From a bacterium (GTDB lineage: Bacteria > RBG-13-61-14 > DATKZS01): a DNA stretch of 64,000 nucleotides. The notes under the pieces are model-generated. The model searched no databases. It saw only the letters and a program-made list of their open reading frames with translations, and had not been told where the DNA came from. How positions within the stretch are numbered: position 1 is the first letter of the stretch; each line of letters starts with the position of its first letter. Positions 30,271 through 40,063 of the stretch are shown here, piece by piece. The position numbers were made by a program, and so were the translations under genes. The stretch is taken from contig CAXXFL010000005.1 of the NCBI GenBank assembly GCA_963674965.2, forward strand, positions 576,001 through 640,000. Direction: 5' to 3'.

Positions 30271-32685
30271 TCAGTTCCTGAGGGGCTTGCCGGTCTTGAG
30301 CATGTGCTCGAGCCTGTCCTGGGTCTTTTGCTCGGCGCAAAGCTCGACGAACACCTCGCGCTCGAGCTCGAGTATGTAATCCTCGGGCACGTAGTCGTTC
30401 TCGGCCACGTAGCCGCCGCCCAGCACGTGGGCCAGCTTCCTCAGAATAAAGGCGTCGTACTCGCTGGCGTAGCCGCCCAGCACCATGTCCTGGACGAAGG
30501 CGTTGGCCACGCCCCGCAACTGGTCGCCCATGACCTGGATTTTCTCCTTGCGCGGAGGCTCGAAGCCGGCCTCGGCCATGAGCAGGACCTCCTTTTTGGC
30601 CACGCCGATGAGGTGGCGCTTGTTGAAGACGATCTTGTCCCACGGGCGCAGGAAGCCCAACTCGCGGGCGTTGCCGGCCGAGTTGGACACGGTGGCCGTG
30701 CCGATCATCTGCAGGAGGGGCGCGGTAAAGGGCTGGAGGTTGTTCATGGCCGCGTTCTTGGGCACGAAGTTCTGGTAGTTCTTGAGCAGGTTCATGCAGC
30801 CGCCGCCGGCGGGAATAAGTCCCACTCCGACCTCGACCAGTCCCATGAACAGGTCGTGATGGCATATCATCTTGTTGCAGCCCATGCCGACCTCGGCGCC
30901 GCCGCCCAGGGTCAAGCCGAAGGGGGCCGCCACCACGGGCACGGGAGAGTACTTCATGTACTGGTTGGTTTCCTGGAAGAACTTGACCGCCTCCTTGATC
31001 AGGTCCCACTCCTTGGCCTGGGCGCCCTGGAGCACCACGCTGATGTTGGCGCCGGCCGAGAAGGCCCCGGGCATGCCGCCGGCCTGGTTGCCGATGACCA
31101 CGCCCACGCCCTTTTCACAGGCCAGGTCCACGGCTTTTCTCATGATCTCCCACATGTCGTTGTCCAGGGAGTTCATGGGGCTGTGGTACTCGACCAGGTA
31201 CACGCCGTCGCCTATGTCGATAAGGGTGGCCGTGTTCCGGTGCTCGATGACCTTCTTCGCGTCCTTTTTCAGCTCGGCCAGGCTGATGACCTCGGGCGAC
31301 TCCTCGATGGCGACGTAGTCTTTTTTCTTGAAGTCGTAGGCCATCTTCTTGCCGCCTTTTTGCTTGTAAAAGGAGGTCTTCTTGGCGGCGATCATTTCCT
31401 TGATTTTCTTGGGAGGCTTGTAACCCATGGCCTCCATGTCATTGACGCTCTCCTTGAGTCCGATCCCGTCCCAGGCCTCGAAGGGGCCGACGTCGAAGTT
31501 GAAGCCCCATTTCATTCCGTTGTCGATCTCGGTGATGGAGTTGGCTATCTCGGGCACGCGGTCGGCGGCGTAGATGAGCTGCTCGTAGGTCGCCTTCTTG
31601 GCGAACTCACCCACTTTGCCCTCCGAGTTGATCACGGCCTTGACGCGCTCGCCGGGGTCGGCGATGAAGGCGAACATGGGCAGGTTGGCGAACTTCTCGC
31701 CGTCCTTTTCCTTGTACTCGAGGGTCTCGGGGTCGATGACGTGGAAGAGCCTCTTGTCCAGGCGCTTGTAGAAGCCGCCCTGGACCTTGTTGCCCAGGAG
31801 TCCCTTTTCCACCATCTTCTCGATCCAGGCGGGCAGGGTAAAGTAACGCTCGGCCTCGGGGGCCTTGACCCTGCCGGCCGTGTTGTGGGCCACGTGCACC
31901 AGGGTGTCCAGACCCACCAGGTCAGCCGTCTTGAAGAGGGCCGACTTGGGACGGGCCATGGGGGCGCCGAATATCTGGTCGGCCTCGTCGATCTTCATGC
32001 CCAGTTCTTCCATCAGGTTGATGGTGCCGATCATGCCCGCCACGCCGATGCGGTTGGCCACGAAGTTGGGGGTGTCCTTACCGTACACGATGCCCTTGCC
32101 GAGGACTTTCTCGCAGAAGTCGGCCATGAATTTAACCACGTCCTTCTTGGTCTCCTTCATGGGGATGATCTCGAGAAGGTGCATGAACCGGACGGGGTTG
32201 AAAAAGTGGGTGCCAAGGAAGTATTTCTTGGTGTCGTCCTTTAGCTTGGCGGAAATCTCCTTGAGGGGAAGACCCGAGGTGTTGGTGCTGATGATGGCCT
32301 CTTTGTTCCAGTGCTTCTCGACCATCTTAAAGACCTTCTGCTTAATGGAAAGGTCCTCGACCACCACCTCGATGATCCAGTCGCATTCCTTCAGGCGGGC
32401 GGCGTGGTCCTCGAAGTTGCCGGGCCGGACCAGGTCCGCGTCGTCCTTTACGAAAAAGGGCGACTGCTTGGCCTTGAGCGCCTTGGTGATGGCCCCCGCG
32501 GCGAAACGGTTGCGAAAGGCGGGGTTGTCAGTGGTGACGCCTTTCCTCTCGTCCTCCGGGCTGAGCTGGGGAGGCACGATGTCCAGAAGCTCAACCTCGA
32601 TGCCGGCCCCGGCCAGGTGCGCGGCGATGCCCATGCCCATAACGCCGGAGCCGAGTACGGCCGCCTTCTTGATCTGTTTTTTCAT
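30271..32685 (-). CDS. 3-hydroxyacyl-CoA dehydrogenase/enoyl-CoA hydratase (FadN-type)
   Basis: VLGSGVMG NAD motif, STNTSG and HFFNP. C-terminal crotonase domain FSAGAN..LGGGAE. Ends TGKPLRN. Confidence 0.93.
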   Translation of the reverse strand: MKKQIKKAAVLGSGVMGMGIAAHLAGAGIEVELLDIVPPQLSPEDERKGVTTDNPAFRNRFAAGAITKALKAKQSPFFVKDDADLVRPGNFEDHAARLKECDWIIEVVVEDLSIKQKVFKMVEKHWNKEAIISTNTSGLPLKEISAKLKDDTKKYFLGTHFFNPVRFMHLLEIIPMKETKKDVVKFMADFCEKVLGKGIVYGKDTPNFVANRIGVAGMIGTINLMEELGMKIDEADQIFGAPMARPKSALFKTADLVGLDTLVHVAHNTAGRVKAPEAERYFTLPAWIEKMVEKGLLGNKVQGGFYKRLDKRLFHVIDPETLEYKEKDGEKFANLPMFAFIADPGERVKAVINSEGKVGEFAKKATYEQLIYAADRVPEIANSITEIDNGMKWGFNFDVGPFEAWDGIGLKESVNDMEAMGYKPPKKIKEMIAAKKTSFYKQKGGKKMAYDFKKKDYVAIEESPEVISLAELKKDAKKVIEHRNTATLIDIGDGVYLVEYHSPMNSLDNDMWEIMRKAVDLACEKGVGVVIGNQAGGMPGAFSAGANISVVLQGAQAKEWDLIKEAVKFFQETNQYMKYSPVPVVAAPFGLTLGGGAEVGMGCNKMICHHDLFMGLVEVGVGLIPAGGGCMNLLKNYQNFVPKNAAMNNLQPFTAPLLQMIGTATVSNSAGNARELGFLRPWDKIVFNKRHLIGVAKKEVLLMAEAGFEPPRKEKIQVMGDQLRGVANAFVQDMVLGGYASEYDAFILRKLAHVLGGGYVAENDYVPEDYILELEREVFVELCAEQKTQDRLEHMLKTGKPLRN

Positions 32686-32854
32686 ACCTTAAAAAACCTC
32701 CTGTAAGATAATCCGCGTGAGCCGCGCCGAGCGCCAACCCGCCGGGCGCGTCGCGCTCTCACGAACAAACCTTTTAAACTCACCCATTACCGCGGGCTTC
32801 GGTGAGTCCTGATCTCCGTCTCGAGGAATGGCCGCCCCGGAGCGCGGGGCTTCG

Positions 32855-33310
32855 TCATCCGTTTTTACCCTTGCCGTTACTTGACGCGTTATCGATGATG
32901 CGTCCCAACAGCTTCTCCACTTTCTCGACGTCCTTGTCGCCTATGCCGCTGGTCAGGTCGCGGTAGGTCTGGCCCAGCACCTTGGCCACCACCGGCTGGA
33001 TGCGGGTCCCGCGCTCGGTCAGCCAGATGCGGAGGGCCCGGCGGTCGGCGGGGTCCGGCTCGCGCGTGACCAGGTCGGCCTTGGCCATGCGGTCGATAAG
33101 GCCGGTCATGGTCGAGCGCTCGAGGCTGACCGAGTCGCCAAGCTCGCTGATGGTGCGGCCGTCGCCCTTGTAAAGCTCGAGCAGCACGCCGATGAAACCC
33201 ATGGACACGTCTTCCATGCCCTCCTCCTTGAAAAGGAGGTTCACGTGCTGTTTCATGGCGAGGGACGACCGGGAAAGGAAGAAACCAATCATGTAAGCTT
33301 TTGTTTCCAT
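32855..33310 (-). CDS. MarR family transcriptional regulator
   Basis: STMTGLIDRM..LVTREPDPADRR...IWLTERG winged-helix signature. Confidence 0.92.
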   Translation of the reverse strand: METKAYMIGFFLSRSSLAMKQHVNLLFKEEGMEDVSMGFIGVLLELYKGDGRTISELGDSVSLERSTMTGLIDRMAKADLVTREPDPADRRALRIWLTERGTRIQPVVAKVLGQTYRDLTSGIGDKDVEKVEKLLGRIIDNASSNGKGKNG

Positions 33311-33415
33311 TTTTTCGGGACCGGGCGGGCCGGGATGAGGACGGATGGAATGCCTTGAAAGAGGACCCGCGCCGATATTTTGCTCCATTCTATCTATCTG
33401 GACGTGGAACCAATT

Positions 33416-33456
33416 TAGTTCGCTTACATACTATCCGCATGAGTAGAAAATGTCAA
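33416..33456 (-). promoter_or_regulatory. Sigma70 promoter of the marR-fad operon with an overlapping palindromic operator
   Basis: Minus strand TTGACA-17 bp-TAGTAT. Imperfect palindrome TAGTTCGCTTACATACTA (33416-33433) covers the -10. Confidence 0.65.
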
Positions 33457-33648
33457 ACCGAAAAAAAACGCGGACGGCTGAATCTTTTTGCTTTCCCGGC
33501 TGATGGCCCGGCCGGTCTTGTAAAAAACCGTCCGGGGCCGGCGAAGCCGGATATGTACATTGGCTGGGCGGCGTAGGCCGGTGGAAAAAAGGGGGCGAGG
33601 AGAGGCGGGAAGGGGGAGCCCATCCCGCGTTGCGGAACCCAAACTGGT

Positions 33649-34509
33649 CTACCCACTCTGTTCTTCTTCGTTAGGGGATGGTTCAATGTTTATGGCTTCG
33701 ATTGAAATAGTATCTGGTTCAGCCCTTTGCTTTTGTACATCTTTATCCTCTTTTTCTTTATTGACCTTTCGTATTTTTACTTTAGCCGCTTTCCTCACCT
33801 TTTTATTGGCTTCTTCCGCCGATTCCCCTTCAACGACTTCTCTTTTCATCACGCTTTGAATAATGACTTCCTTAAGCTCCTCGTTCGTAACCTTAATGTC
33901 CGGGCTAAGCCTTTTGACTTCTCTTCTTATCGCGTTCATTACAGGTTCGCTTAAAATAACCGCGCTCAAGACAAACCTGCTTGTGGCCTGTTTTTGAGTA
34001 TGGTAGTCCGAAAGAAGTGATTTGTTTATCGCTTCCTTGCAGAGTAAAAACAGGTTATCCAAGTCGGCCTGTCCGCGTGGGTTGAGTTCTAAGAAGTTAA
34101 AGCCAAGCACCAGTTCATGGTCAATGGGCTTGGAGAAAACCACCTTATATATTTGCCAAATTACTCCGTTGGTAAGTATAGCCCATTCAATGCCTTTATT
34201 GGCTGCATAATCGATCGCTTGTTTAACATGTGCATCTTTTAAATCAATTCCGACCGCTTTAACTTCAATGATAAACCTTGTTTCATTCTCGATTTTTATT
34301 GCCAAGTCGCAATATGTTCCTTTAATTAATTGCTCAGCGGTGATTTCCGAATATTTATCATATCCGAAAAGATCAGACAGAAGGTCAGTTACTATGGTGA
34401 CCGTATCTGCCTCATTAATGTCCCTATCTCTGGCTGAGGAAATAATTGATTGAAACTTTTTCAGGTTTTGGACAAACCTTTCATTTACTTTTTTGGGTAT
34501 ATTTGCCAT
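33649..34509 (-). CDS. HsdR N-terminal domain (PD-(D/E)XK nuclease) protein
   Basis: NEADT, CDLAI..IIEVKA, KQAIDYA and WAILTNG..W motifs. AT-rich DNA. Confidence 0.85.
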   Translation of the reverse strand: MANIPKKVNERFVQNLKKFQSIISSARDRDINEADTVTIVTDLLSDLFGYDKYSEITAEQLIKGTYCDLAIKIENETRFIIEVKAVGIDLKDAHVKQAIDYAANKGIEWAILTNGVIWQIYKVVFSKPIDHELVLGFNFLELNPRGQADLDNLFLLCKEAINKSLLSDYHTQKQATSRFVLSAVILSEPVMNAIRREVKRLSPDIKVTNEELKEVIIQSVMKREVVEGESAEEANKKVRKAAKVKIRKVNKEKEDKDVQKQRAEPDTISIEAINIEPSPNEEEQSG

Positions 34510-34620
34510 GTACCTATGACCTCCATGAATACGATAATGTTTCTATACAACACTAATGAAGTATCTGTCAAGGCATTCATCGTCATTTAGAATGAAAACG
34601 CTCCAGGCCGCTCACTGCGG

Positions 34621-34650
34621 AAAAAAGGCGCGGACCTAATAGCCCGCGCC
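34621..34650 (-). terminator. Rho-independent terminator
   Basis: Minus strand GGCGCGG-loop-CCGCGCC followed by TTTTTTT. Confidence 0.7.
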
Positions 34651-34672
34651 ATCACAATTAAAATCAGCAAAA

Positions 34673-35671
34673 TTATTTAATGTTTTTCAGCGCGTCCGAG
34701 GCCTGGTCAAGCTCGTAGGCCATGAGCAGGAGATGGTTCGAGCTGAGCTCTTCCTCGTCGCCGCCAAGGACGGTGAGCGGGTCGATCTGGCCGGCAACTT
34801 TCAGATGGGAGACGGCCGTTTTTAAGTCCTTGGCCGCTCCGGCTTTTTTGACGGCCTTGTCAAAGGGCTTGGCCATGGATGACAGGACGGCTTCCGAGAC
34901 CAGGGCCACGCCCCGGGCGTGGTGGAGGGCGTTATCGTCCTTCATGGTCCCTATCTCCGGGTCGGTCACGGCTTTGATCTCGCGCTCGAGAATATCTACG
35001 GTCGCCTTGACAGCGGCGTTCAAGGTCTTGGGGTCGGCGGGAAGGTTTATCTTTTCCTTTTTATCCAGGGCGATGGCCAGATCGTCGAGCGCGGAGAGTC
35101 CCAAAAGGGCCGTCTTCTTTCCGGATGGAAACCAGAGCTTTTCCAGGTCTCCCTTTACCATCGACTCGTTTAGAGCTTTAACGGGTCCGGCGTTTCCGGG
35201 CCTTGCCCGGCCGGTGAAGACCCTGGCGTAGGCCTTGATGGCCTGGGCCTCGCCTTTTTGCCTGCTGGCGCCGTTGTCGAAAAGTCTTCCTATTACGAGG
35301 TCGTCCGCTCTCCATCCCCAGGTGGATTCAAGCTCCTCGGCCAATATCCGGGACATGGCCATGAGAGGCGCTCCGTCCATGTCCGGCCAACTCTCGGGAA
35401 TGGGCGGGACTTTCACCGGCTCGGGCTCGGGACATTTGCCGATGCAATTCTCCTTGAGCTCGGCCAGGTCCGCCTTGATCTTATCCACGTCCTTTTTATC
35501 GAGCTGCACCAGTTGAATCACGGGCGCCTGGGCGGGGGTTTCCCCTCTTTTGCTCAACTCGACAAGCCCTTTCAAGTCGGTCCCGTCCTTGCTCGACCGG
35601 TTGCATCCGATCCAGTTGCCGACGATGATGGCCAGGACTAAACCGGCCAGGACTATTCGCTCAAGCTTCAT
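34673..35671 (-). CDS. DUF2333-like exported protein/lipoprotein
   Basis: Signal peptide with IGC. GWRADDL...FDN, DD..HHARG and NHLLLMAY patterns. Confidence 0.6.
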   Translation of the reverse strand: MKLERIVLAGLVLAIIVGNWIGCNRSSKDGTDLKGLVELSKRGETPAQAPVIQLVQLDKKDVDKIKADLAELKENCIGKCPEPEPVKVPPIPESWPDMDGAPLMAMSRILAEELESTWGWRADDLVIGRLFDNGASRQKGEAQAIKAYARVFTGRARPGNAGPVKALNESMVKGDLEKLWFPSGKKTALLGLSALDDLAIALDKKEKINLPADPKTLNAAVKATVDILEREIKAVTDPEIGTMKDDNALHHARGVALVSEAVLSSMAKPFDKAVKKAGAAKDLKTAVSHLKVAGQIDPLTVLGGDEEELSSNHLLLMAYELDQASDALKNIK

Positions 35672-35793
35672 GCCGACCTCCTCGAATTTTCGAGGATACA
35701 GTATAGCGCATTAAGATAAGGGAAGCGAAAAAAGTTTCCGCTTTCGTCAACCCCGGCTACGCGCGGCGAATGGAAGGCGGCCAAAATTCCTCA

Positions 35794-35822
35794 TTGACCG
35801 GGAATGACTAATCGGATACTAT
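35794..35822 (+). promoter_or_regulatory. Putative sigma70 promoter of the AIM24 cluster
   Basis: TTGACC-17 bp-TACTAT. Confidence 0.55.
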
Positions 35823-35851
35823 CTAAAAAAATTCAACCGGAGGGGAGCTTC

Positions 35852-36532
35852 ATGCAATTCGCTATCAAGTACAGGCCTTCCTACAGTCTGCTTGGAGTCA
35901 AGCTCGACCCCAACGAACAAATACTGGTGGAAGCCGGAAGCATGGTAAGCATGGCCGCCGACATGCAGGTCGACACCAAGCTGTCCGCCTCGGGCGGCAT
36001 GGTCAAGGCCTTCGCGGGAGCGGTGGCCAGGAAATTCCTGGGCGGCGAGACCATGTTCGTCAACGTTTACACGGCGGGTCAAAGCGGCGGGCAGATACTG
36101 ATCGCGCCGGCCCTGAACGGTGACATTATCCACTTCCCCATGCAGGGCGGACGCCTTCTCATCCAGGCCTCGAGCTTCCTGGCCGCCCATCCCGGCATAG
36201 AAGTCAAGCTTCAGTTCGGCGGGCTCAAGACCTTTCTGGGCGGCGAGGGCCTTTTCCTCCTGGCGGCCTCGGGTGCGGGCGACCTTTTCGTCAACGCCTA
36301 CGGGGGTATACGCGAGATCGACCTGGACGGGTCCTTCATCGTGGACACGGGCCACGTCGTGGCCTTCGAGGAAACCCTCCAGTTCAACGTCAAGAAGGTG
36401 GGCGGATGGAAATCCACCATGCTTTCCGGCGAGGGGCTGGTTACCGAGTTCACCGGCAAGGGCAAGCTTTACATCCAGACCCGCAACGTGGGGGCCCTGG
36501 TCGGCTGGCTCACGCCCATGCTTCCGGGCTAA
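35852..36532 (+). CDS. TIGR00266/AIM24 family protein 1
   Basis: EAGSMVSM, GGETMF.N, GGEGLF, VDTGHVVAF and SGEGLV..F.G.G..YIQTR motifs. Confidence 0.9.
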   Translation: MQFAIKYRPSYSLLGVKLDPNEQILVEAGSMVSMAADMQVDTKLSASGGMVKAFAGAVARKFLGGETMFVNVYTAGQSGGQILIAPALNGDIIHFPMQGGRLLIQASSFLAAHPGIEVKLQFGGLKTFLGGEGLFLLAASGAGDLFVNAYGGIREIDLDGSFIVDTGHVVAFEETLQFNVKKVGGWKSTMLSGEGLVTEFTGKGKLYIQTRNVGALVGWLTPMLPG

Positions 36533-36543
36533 AGGAGGGGGCC

Positions 36544-37230
36544 ATGCATTTCGAAGTAAAATACAATCCCAGTTACGCCCTGGCCATAGTGAGCCTTGGG
36601 GCCAACGAGTCGGTGGTGGCGGAGGGCGGCGCCATGGTCAGCATGAGCTCGAACGTCGCCATCCAGACCTCGATGGGAGGGGGCGGAGGGGCCGGAGGCC
36701 TGCTCAAGGCCCTCAAGCGCACGGCCCTTGGCGGCGAGAGCTTTTTCCTCAACACCTACACCAGTCAGGGGGGACCGGGCGAGGTGACCTTCGCCCCCAC
36801 CCTGCCAGGAGACATAGCCCATATACAGATGACCGGGCCGGGACTGGTTATCCAGAGGACCTCGTACCTGGCCGGCTCGCCCGGCGTGGCCATCGACACT
36901 CAATTCGGGGGCTTAAAATCATTCCTCGGCGGGGAAGGACTTTTCATGCTCAAGGCCTCGGGCCAGGGCGATATCCTGGTCACCAGCTTCGGGGCCATCC
37001 ACCTGATGGAACTTGACGGGCCCTACATTGTGGACAGCGGCCATATTGTCGCCTTTGACGAGACCCTGAGCTTCGAGAATAAAAGGGTCGGGTCGTGGAA
37101 ATCGACCTTCCTGTCCGGCGAGGGACTGGTCACCTTGTTCAACGGCAAGGGCCGGCTCTGGATTCAGAGCAGGAACCCGAAAGCCTTCGGCCAACTGGTA
37201 GGCGGAAAACTCCCGCCCCGCCAACAGTAA
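36544..37230 (+). CDS. TIGR00266/AIM24 family protein 2
   Basis: Same motifs as paralog 1. AAGGAGG RBS before MHFEVKY. Confidence 0.9.
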   Translation: MHFEVKYNPSYALAIVSLGANESVVAEGGAMVSMSSNVAIQTSMGGGGGAGGLLKALKRTALGGESFFLNTYTSQGGPGEVTFAPTLPGDIAHIQMTGPGLVIQRTSYLAGSPGVAIDTQFGGLKSFLGGEGLFMLKASGQGDILVTSFGAIHLMELDGPYIVDSGHIVAFDETLSFENKRVGSWKSTFLSGEGLVTLFNGKGRLWIQSRNPKAFGQLVGGKLPPRQQ

Positions 37231-37242
37231 AAGGAGAGCGTC

Positions 37243-37917
37243 ATGCAGGTAAACATCGTAAGCGCGCCCGATTACGCCATGGCGGAGGTCGACCTTGCCG
37301 CCGGCGAGAAGATCGTCGTCGAGAGCGGCTCGATGGTGGGGATGTCCTCCCACCTCGAGATCGAGACCAAGGCCAAGGGAGGGGTGTTGTCCTCGCTTAA
37401 AAGAATGGTCGGCGGCGAGAGCTTCTTTATAAACACCTATACCGCCCAGGGAGCGCCGGGAAGGATTCTCCTCGCCCCCGCGCCCTCGGGGGACCTTAGG
37501 CACCTGGTCCTGGGGGGGGGCGACTTCTTCGTGCAGTCCGGCTCCTACGTGGCCAGCGGCCCGGCGGTCAACGTGGACACCAAGTGGGGCGGGGCCAAGA
37601 CCTTCTTCGGCGGCGAGGGCCTTTTCATCCTCAAGGCGAGCGGCCAGGGCGACCTTATTTTCGGCTCCTTTGGGGCCATCCACGAGGTCGAGGTGGACGG
37701 GAGTTACATCGTGGACACGGGCCATATCGTGGCCTTCGAGCCGACCCTTCAGTTCAGCGTGCGAAGGGTGGGAGGTCTCAAGTCGCTCTTCCTCTCCGGG
37801 GAGGGACTGGTGTGCGACTTCTCGGGCAAGGGAAAGCTATATCTTCAGACCCGCAAGCCGGCCAGTTTCGTGTCCTGGATCAACAGCTTCAGGCCCGTTC
37901 AGACCTCGGGGGATTGA
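37243..37917 (+). CDS. TIGR00266/AIM24 family protein 3
   Basis: Same motifs as paralog 1. AAGGAG RBS. Confidence 0.9.
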   Translation: MQVNIVSAPDYAMAEVDLAAGEKIVVESGSMVGMSSHLEIETKAKGGVLSSLKRMVGGESFFINTYTAQGAPGRILLAPAPSGDLRHLVLGGGDFFVQSGSYVASGPAVNVDTKWGGAKTFFGGEGLFILKASGQGDLIFGSFGAIHEVEVDGSYIVDTGHIVAFEPTLQFSVRRVGGLKSLFLSGEGLVCDFSGKGKLYLQTRKPASFVSWINSFRPVQTSGD

Positions 37918-38017
37918 TGCCCGAGTTGACGAGCGTTGGCCCTGAACACCCGTTTCTTTTCGAGCGGAAAAAAAACAGCGGCTTGATTTCACTCGTTTCG
38001 TAAGGGGGGAGGCGGGA

Positions 38018-39217
38018 TTGGGTTTTTATATCAGGAAAGCCTTACAGGCCGGTCCCGTTCGTTTCAACCTGTCCAAGAGCGGCGTGGGCGTGTCCGTGGG
38101 CGTAAAAGGATTCCGCGTCGGCTCGGGCCCGTCGGGTCCCTACGTTCACGCGGGCAGGGGAGGTCTTTATTACCGCCAGTCATTATCCTCGAAGTCCGCG
38201 CCCAAAGAGGCGGCCGCCGGGCCCGGGCTTCCCGAGCAAGGCCGGGCCATCGAGAAGCTGGTCGAGACCCAGACCTATCCTTCTCGCGCCCTTCACGCCT
38301 CACGTGTCGGCGCCTTCAGCGAGCCGCCTCGGGTCGACTCGAAATGGCTCCTTTTTCCTCCCGCCTATCTGGTTAAAAAATGGCTCGGGAAAAAATACGT
38401 CGAGCGGGCCGAAAAGTACGGCGCCGAGCTTCTCGCGCTGGTCGATACTCCCGAGTTCCTGGGTCCTTCTTTCGGTGACCGGGTCAAGGAACTCAAAGCC
38501 AGGCACGGCGTGCCCGAGGGTTACGGCGCCTGGGCCCACGAGAGGCTCTACGAGGGGGCCTTGTCCTCCGTGGTTTCCGACTTCGAGGTCAGCCCGGGCG
38601 AGCTTGACGCGCTTTTGCGCCTCGAGGACACCCTCGCCATCGGGCCTTCCCGCGCCTCCGATCTGAAAGTGTCCTGGTTCAAGGCCGGCTACATGGCGGC
38701 CATAGCCGACGGCAAGCTGAGCGTCGAGGAGGAGAAAACCCTGCAAACGGCGCTCGAGCGTCTCGGCGTTCCCTTCACCGAGGTCAAGGCGGAGGCCGAG
38801 ACCATCGAGCGTCTGAAAAAGGTCCGCCAACTGCTGGAGGGCGAGCCGACGCCCGTAAGCGCCTCGGTGGCCCTGGACAAGGGAGAGGTCTGCTACTTCG
38901 AGGCCCCGGGCCGGATGCTGGTGAAGAGGATCATCGCCCGGTTCCAGTCTGAGGGGGTCCAGTATAAAAACCTGGGTCTGCTGACTCGCAAGGAGGGTGC
39001 CTTGCTTATTACGGATAAAAGACTGATGCTGGTTGGGCAGGGGACCACCGCGATCGAGCTTGATAAAATCGTGGACCTCGAGGTCGACCATGAGTTGAAC
39101 CTCATTACGGTATCGAAAAAGGACAGGAAAACCCCGCTCTATTTCAGCACTCCCGACGGCCTGGCCGCGGGGGCGGTGCTGCAAAGACTTGTAGACGGGT
39201 TATCAAAGGAGGATTGA
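38018..39217 (+). CDS. DUF4236 domain protein with TerB-like helical repeats and a C-terminal PH-like domain
   Basis: MGFYIRK....GPVRFNLSKSGVGVSVG N-terminus. SDFEVSPGELDAL and ADGKLSVEEEKTL repeats. GALLITDKRL motif. Confidence 0.75.
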   Translation: MGFYIRKALQAGPVRFNLSKSGVGVSVGVKGFRVGSGPSGPYVHAGRGGLYYRQSLSSKSAPKEAAAGPGLPEQGRAIEKLVETQTYPSRALHASRVGAFSEPPRVDSKWLLFPPAYLVKKWLGKKYVERAEKYGAELLALVDTPEFLGPSFGDRVKELKARHGVPEGYGAWAHERLYEGALSSVVSDFEVSPGELDALLRLEDTLAIGPSRASDLKVSWFKAGYMAAIADGKLSVEEEKTLQTALERLGVPFTEVKAEAETIERLKKVRQLLEGEPTPVSASVALDKGEVCYFEAPGRMLVKRIIARFQSEGVQYKNLGLLTRKEGALLITDKRLMLVGQGTTAIELDKIVDLEVDHELNLITVSKKDRKTPLYFSTPDGLAAGAVLQRLVDGLSKED

Positions 39218-39245
39218 CCTCCAATTAATTCTTCAAGGAGGGTAT

Positions 39246-39953
39246 ATGTATCCGGGGCACCCTTGGGAAAAGGAGGAATTCGGCGAGTTCGAGTTTCAAA
39301 GGCGATTGAAAAGCGGCGAGGAGGTTGACGTCAAGTTCGACGTTTCCATGGGCCGCTTCCTGGCCTTTTGCAAGGAGACGGGCCAGAGTCCTCACGCCTT
39401 GACCATGAAGGTCACGGCACGGCTGTCTTCCCTGCACCTTCCTCAATACATGCTCGCGTTGAACGGCAAGACCATGCCCGCCAGGTATCCGTCCGGTTAC
39501 GTCAGGCCGATAAAGCTTGATCGGGACATGCTCGAGCATATCGCCATTCGGGAAAAGAGCGATCATTTCGGGGAAAGGGACATCAGGCAAAAAAGGGTAA
39601 ACGCGCTAATGAAATGGTTCGTTCGCCACCAGCCTCGTCTTGGCATGTGGCTTGCCAGGTACGTTTTCACCAAGCGTGAGGGAAGGAACAACTACGCCCT
39701 GCTCGTTTCCAGGAACCCGCTTAAAAGTCTTAACACGAGAACGGTATTTTACGGCGCGAACTACCGGACCATGGGCCTGGCCATACCTTACGGCAAGCTT
39801 GTCTCGTGCGGGTTCGCGGCGCCCCTGGCCTTCGGTAACCTGAATTTTTTCGAGCCGTTCATCAGCGAGTTGGTTACCTGGATGGAACAGCCGGAAACAA
39901 TACCAAGGGACGTGGTGGAAAAACCATACAGGGCGGTACCGCCCAATTGGTGA
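39246..39953 (+). CDS. Hypothetical protein, CAT-like acyltransferase fold candidate (paralog 1)
   Basis: AAGGAGG RBS. Clear paralog of 40064-40768. Confidence 0.6.
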   Translation: MYPGHPWEKEEFGEFEFQRRLKSGEEVDVKFDVSMGRFLAFCKETGQSPHALTMKVTARLSSLHLPQYMLALNGKTMPARYPSGYVRPIKLDRDMLEHIAIREKSDHFGERDIRQKRVNALMKWFVRHQPRLGMWLARYVFTKREGRNNYALLVSRNPLKSLNTRTVFYGANYRTMGLAIPYGKLVSCGFAAPLAFGNLNFFEPFISELVTWMEQPETIPRDVVEKPYRAVPPNW

Positions 39954-40063
39954 GACGGACGGAAGTATAATGTAATGGCCGGCCGGCGAATCGCCTGGCC
40001 TTTCGTTGATGGTGAAAGAACGCGTTTATTTAACGCGGCGTGAGCCGCGTCGGGGAGGAATAG

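Noticed and set aside
33540-33650. tRNA or integration site beside the AT-rich nuclease gene
   Set aside because: No cloverleaf, T-loop or flanking direct repeat could be found.
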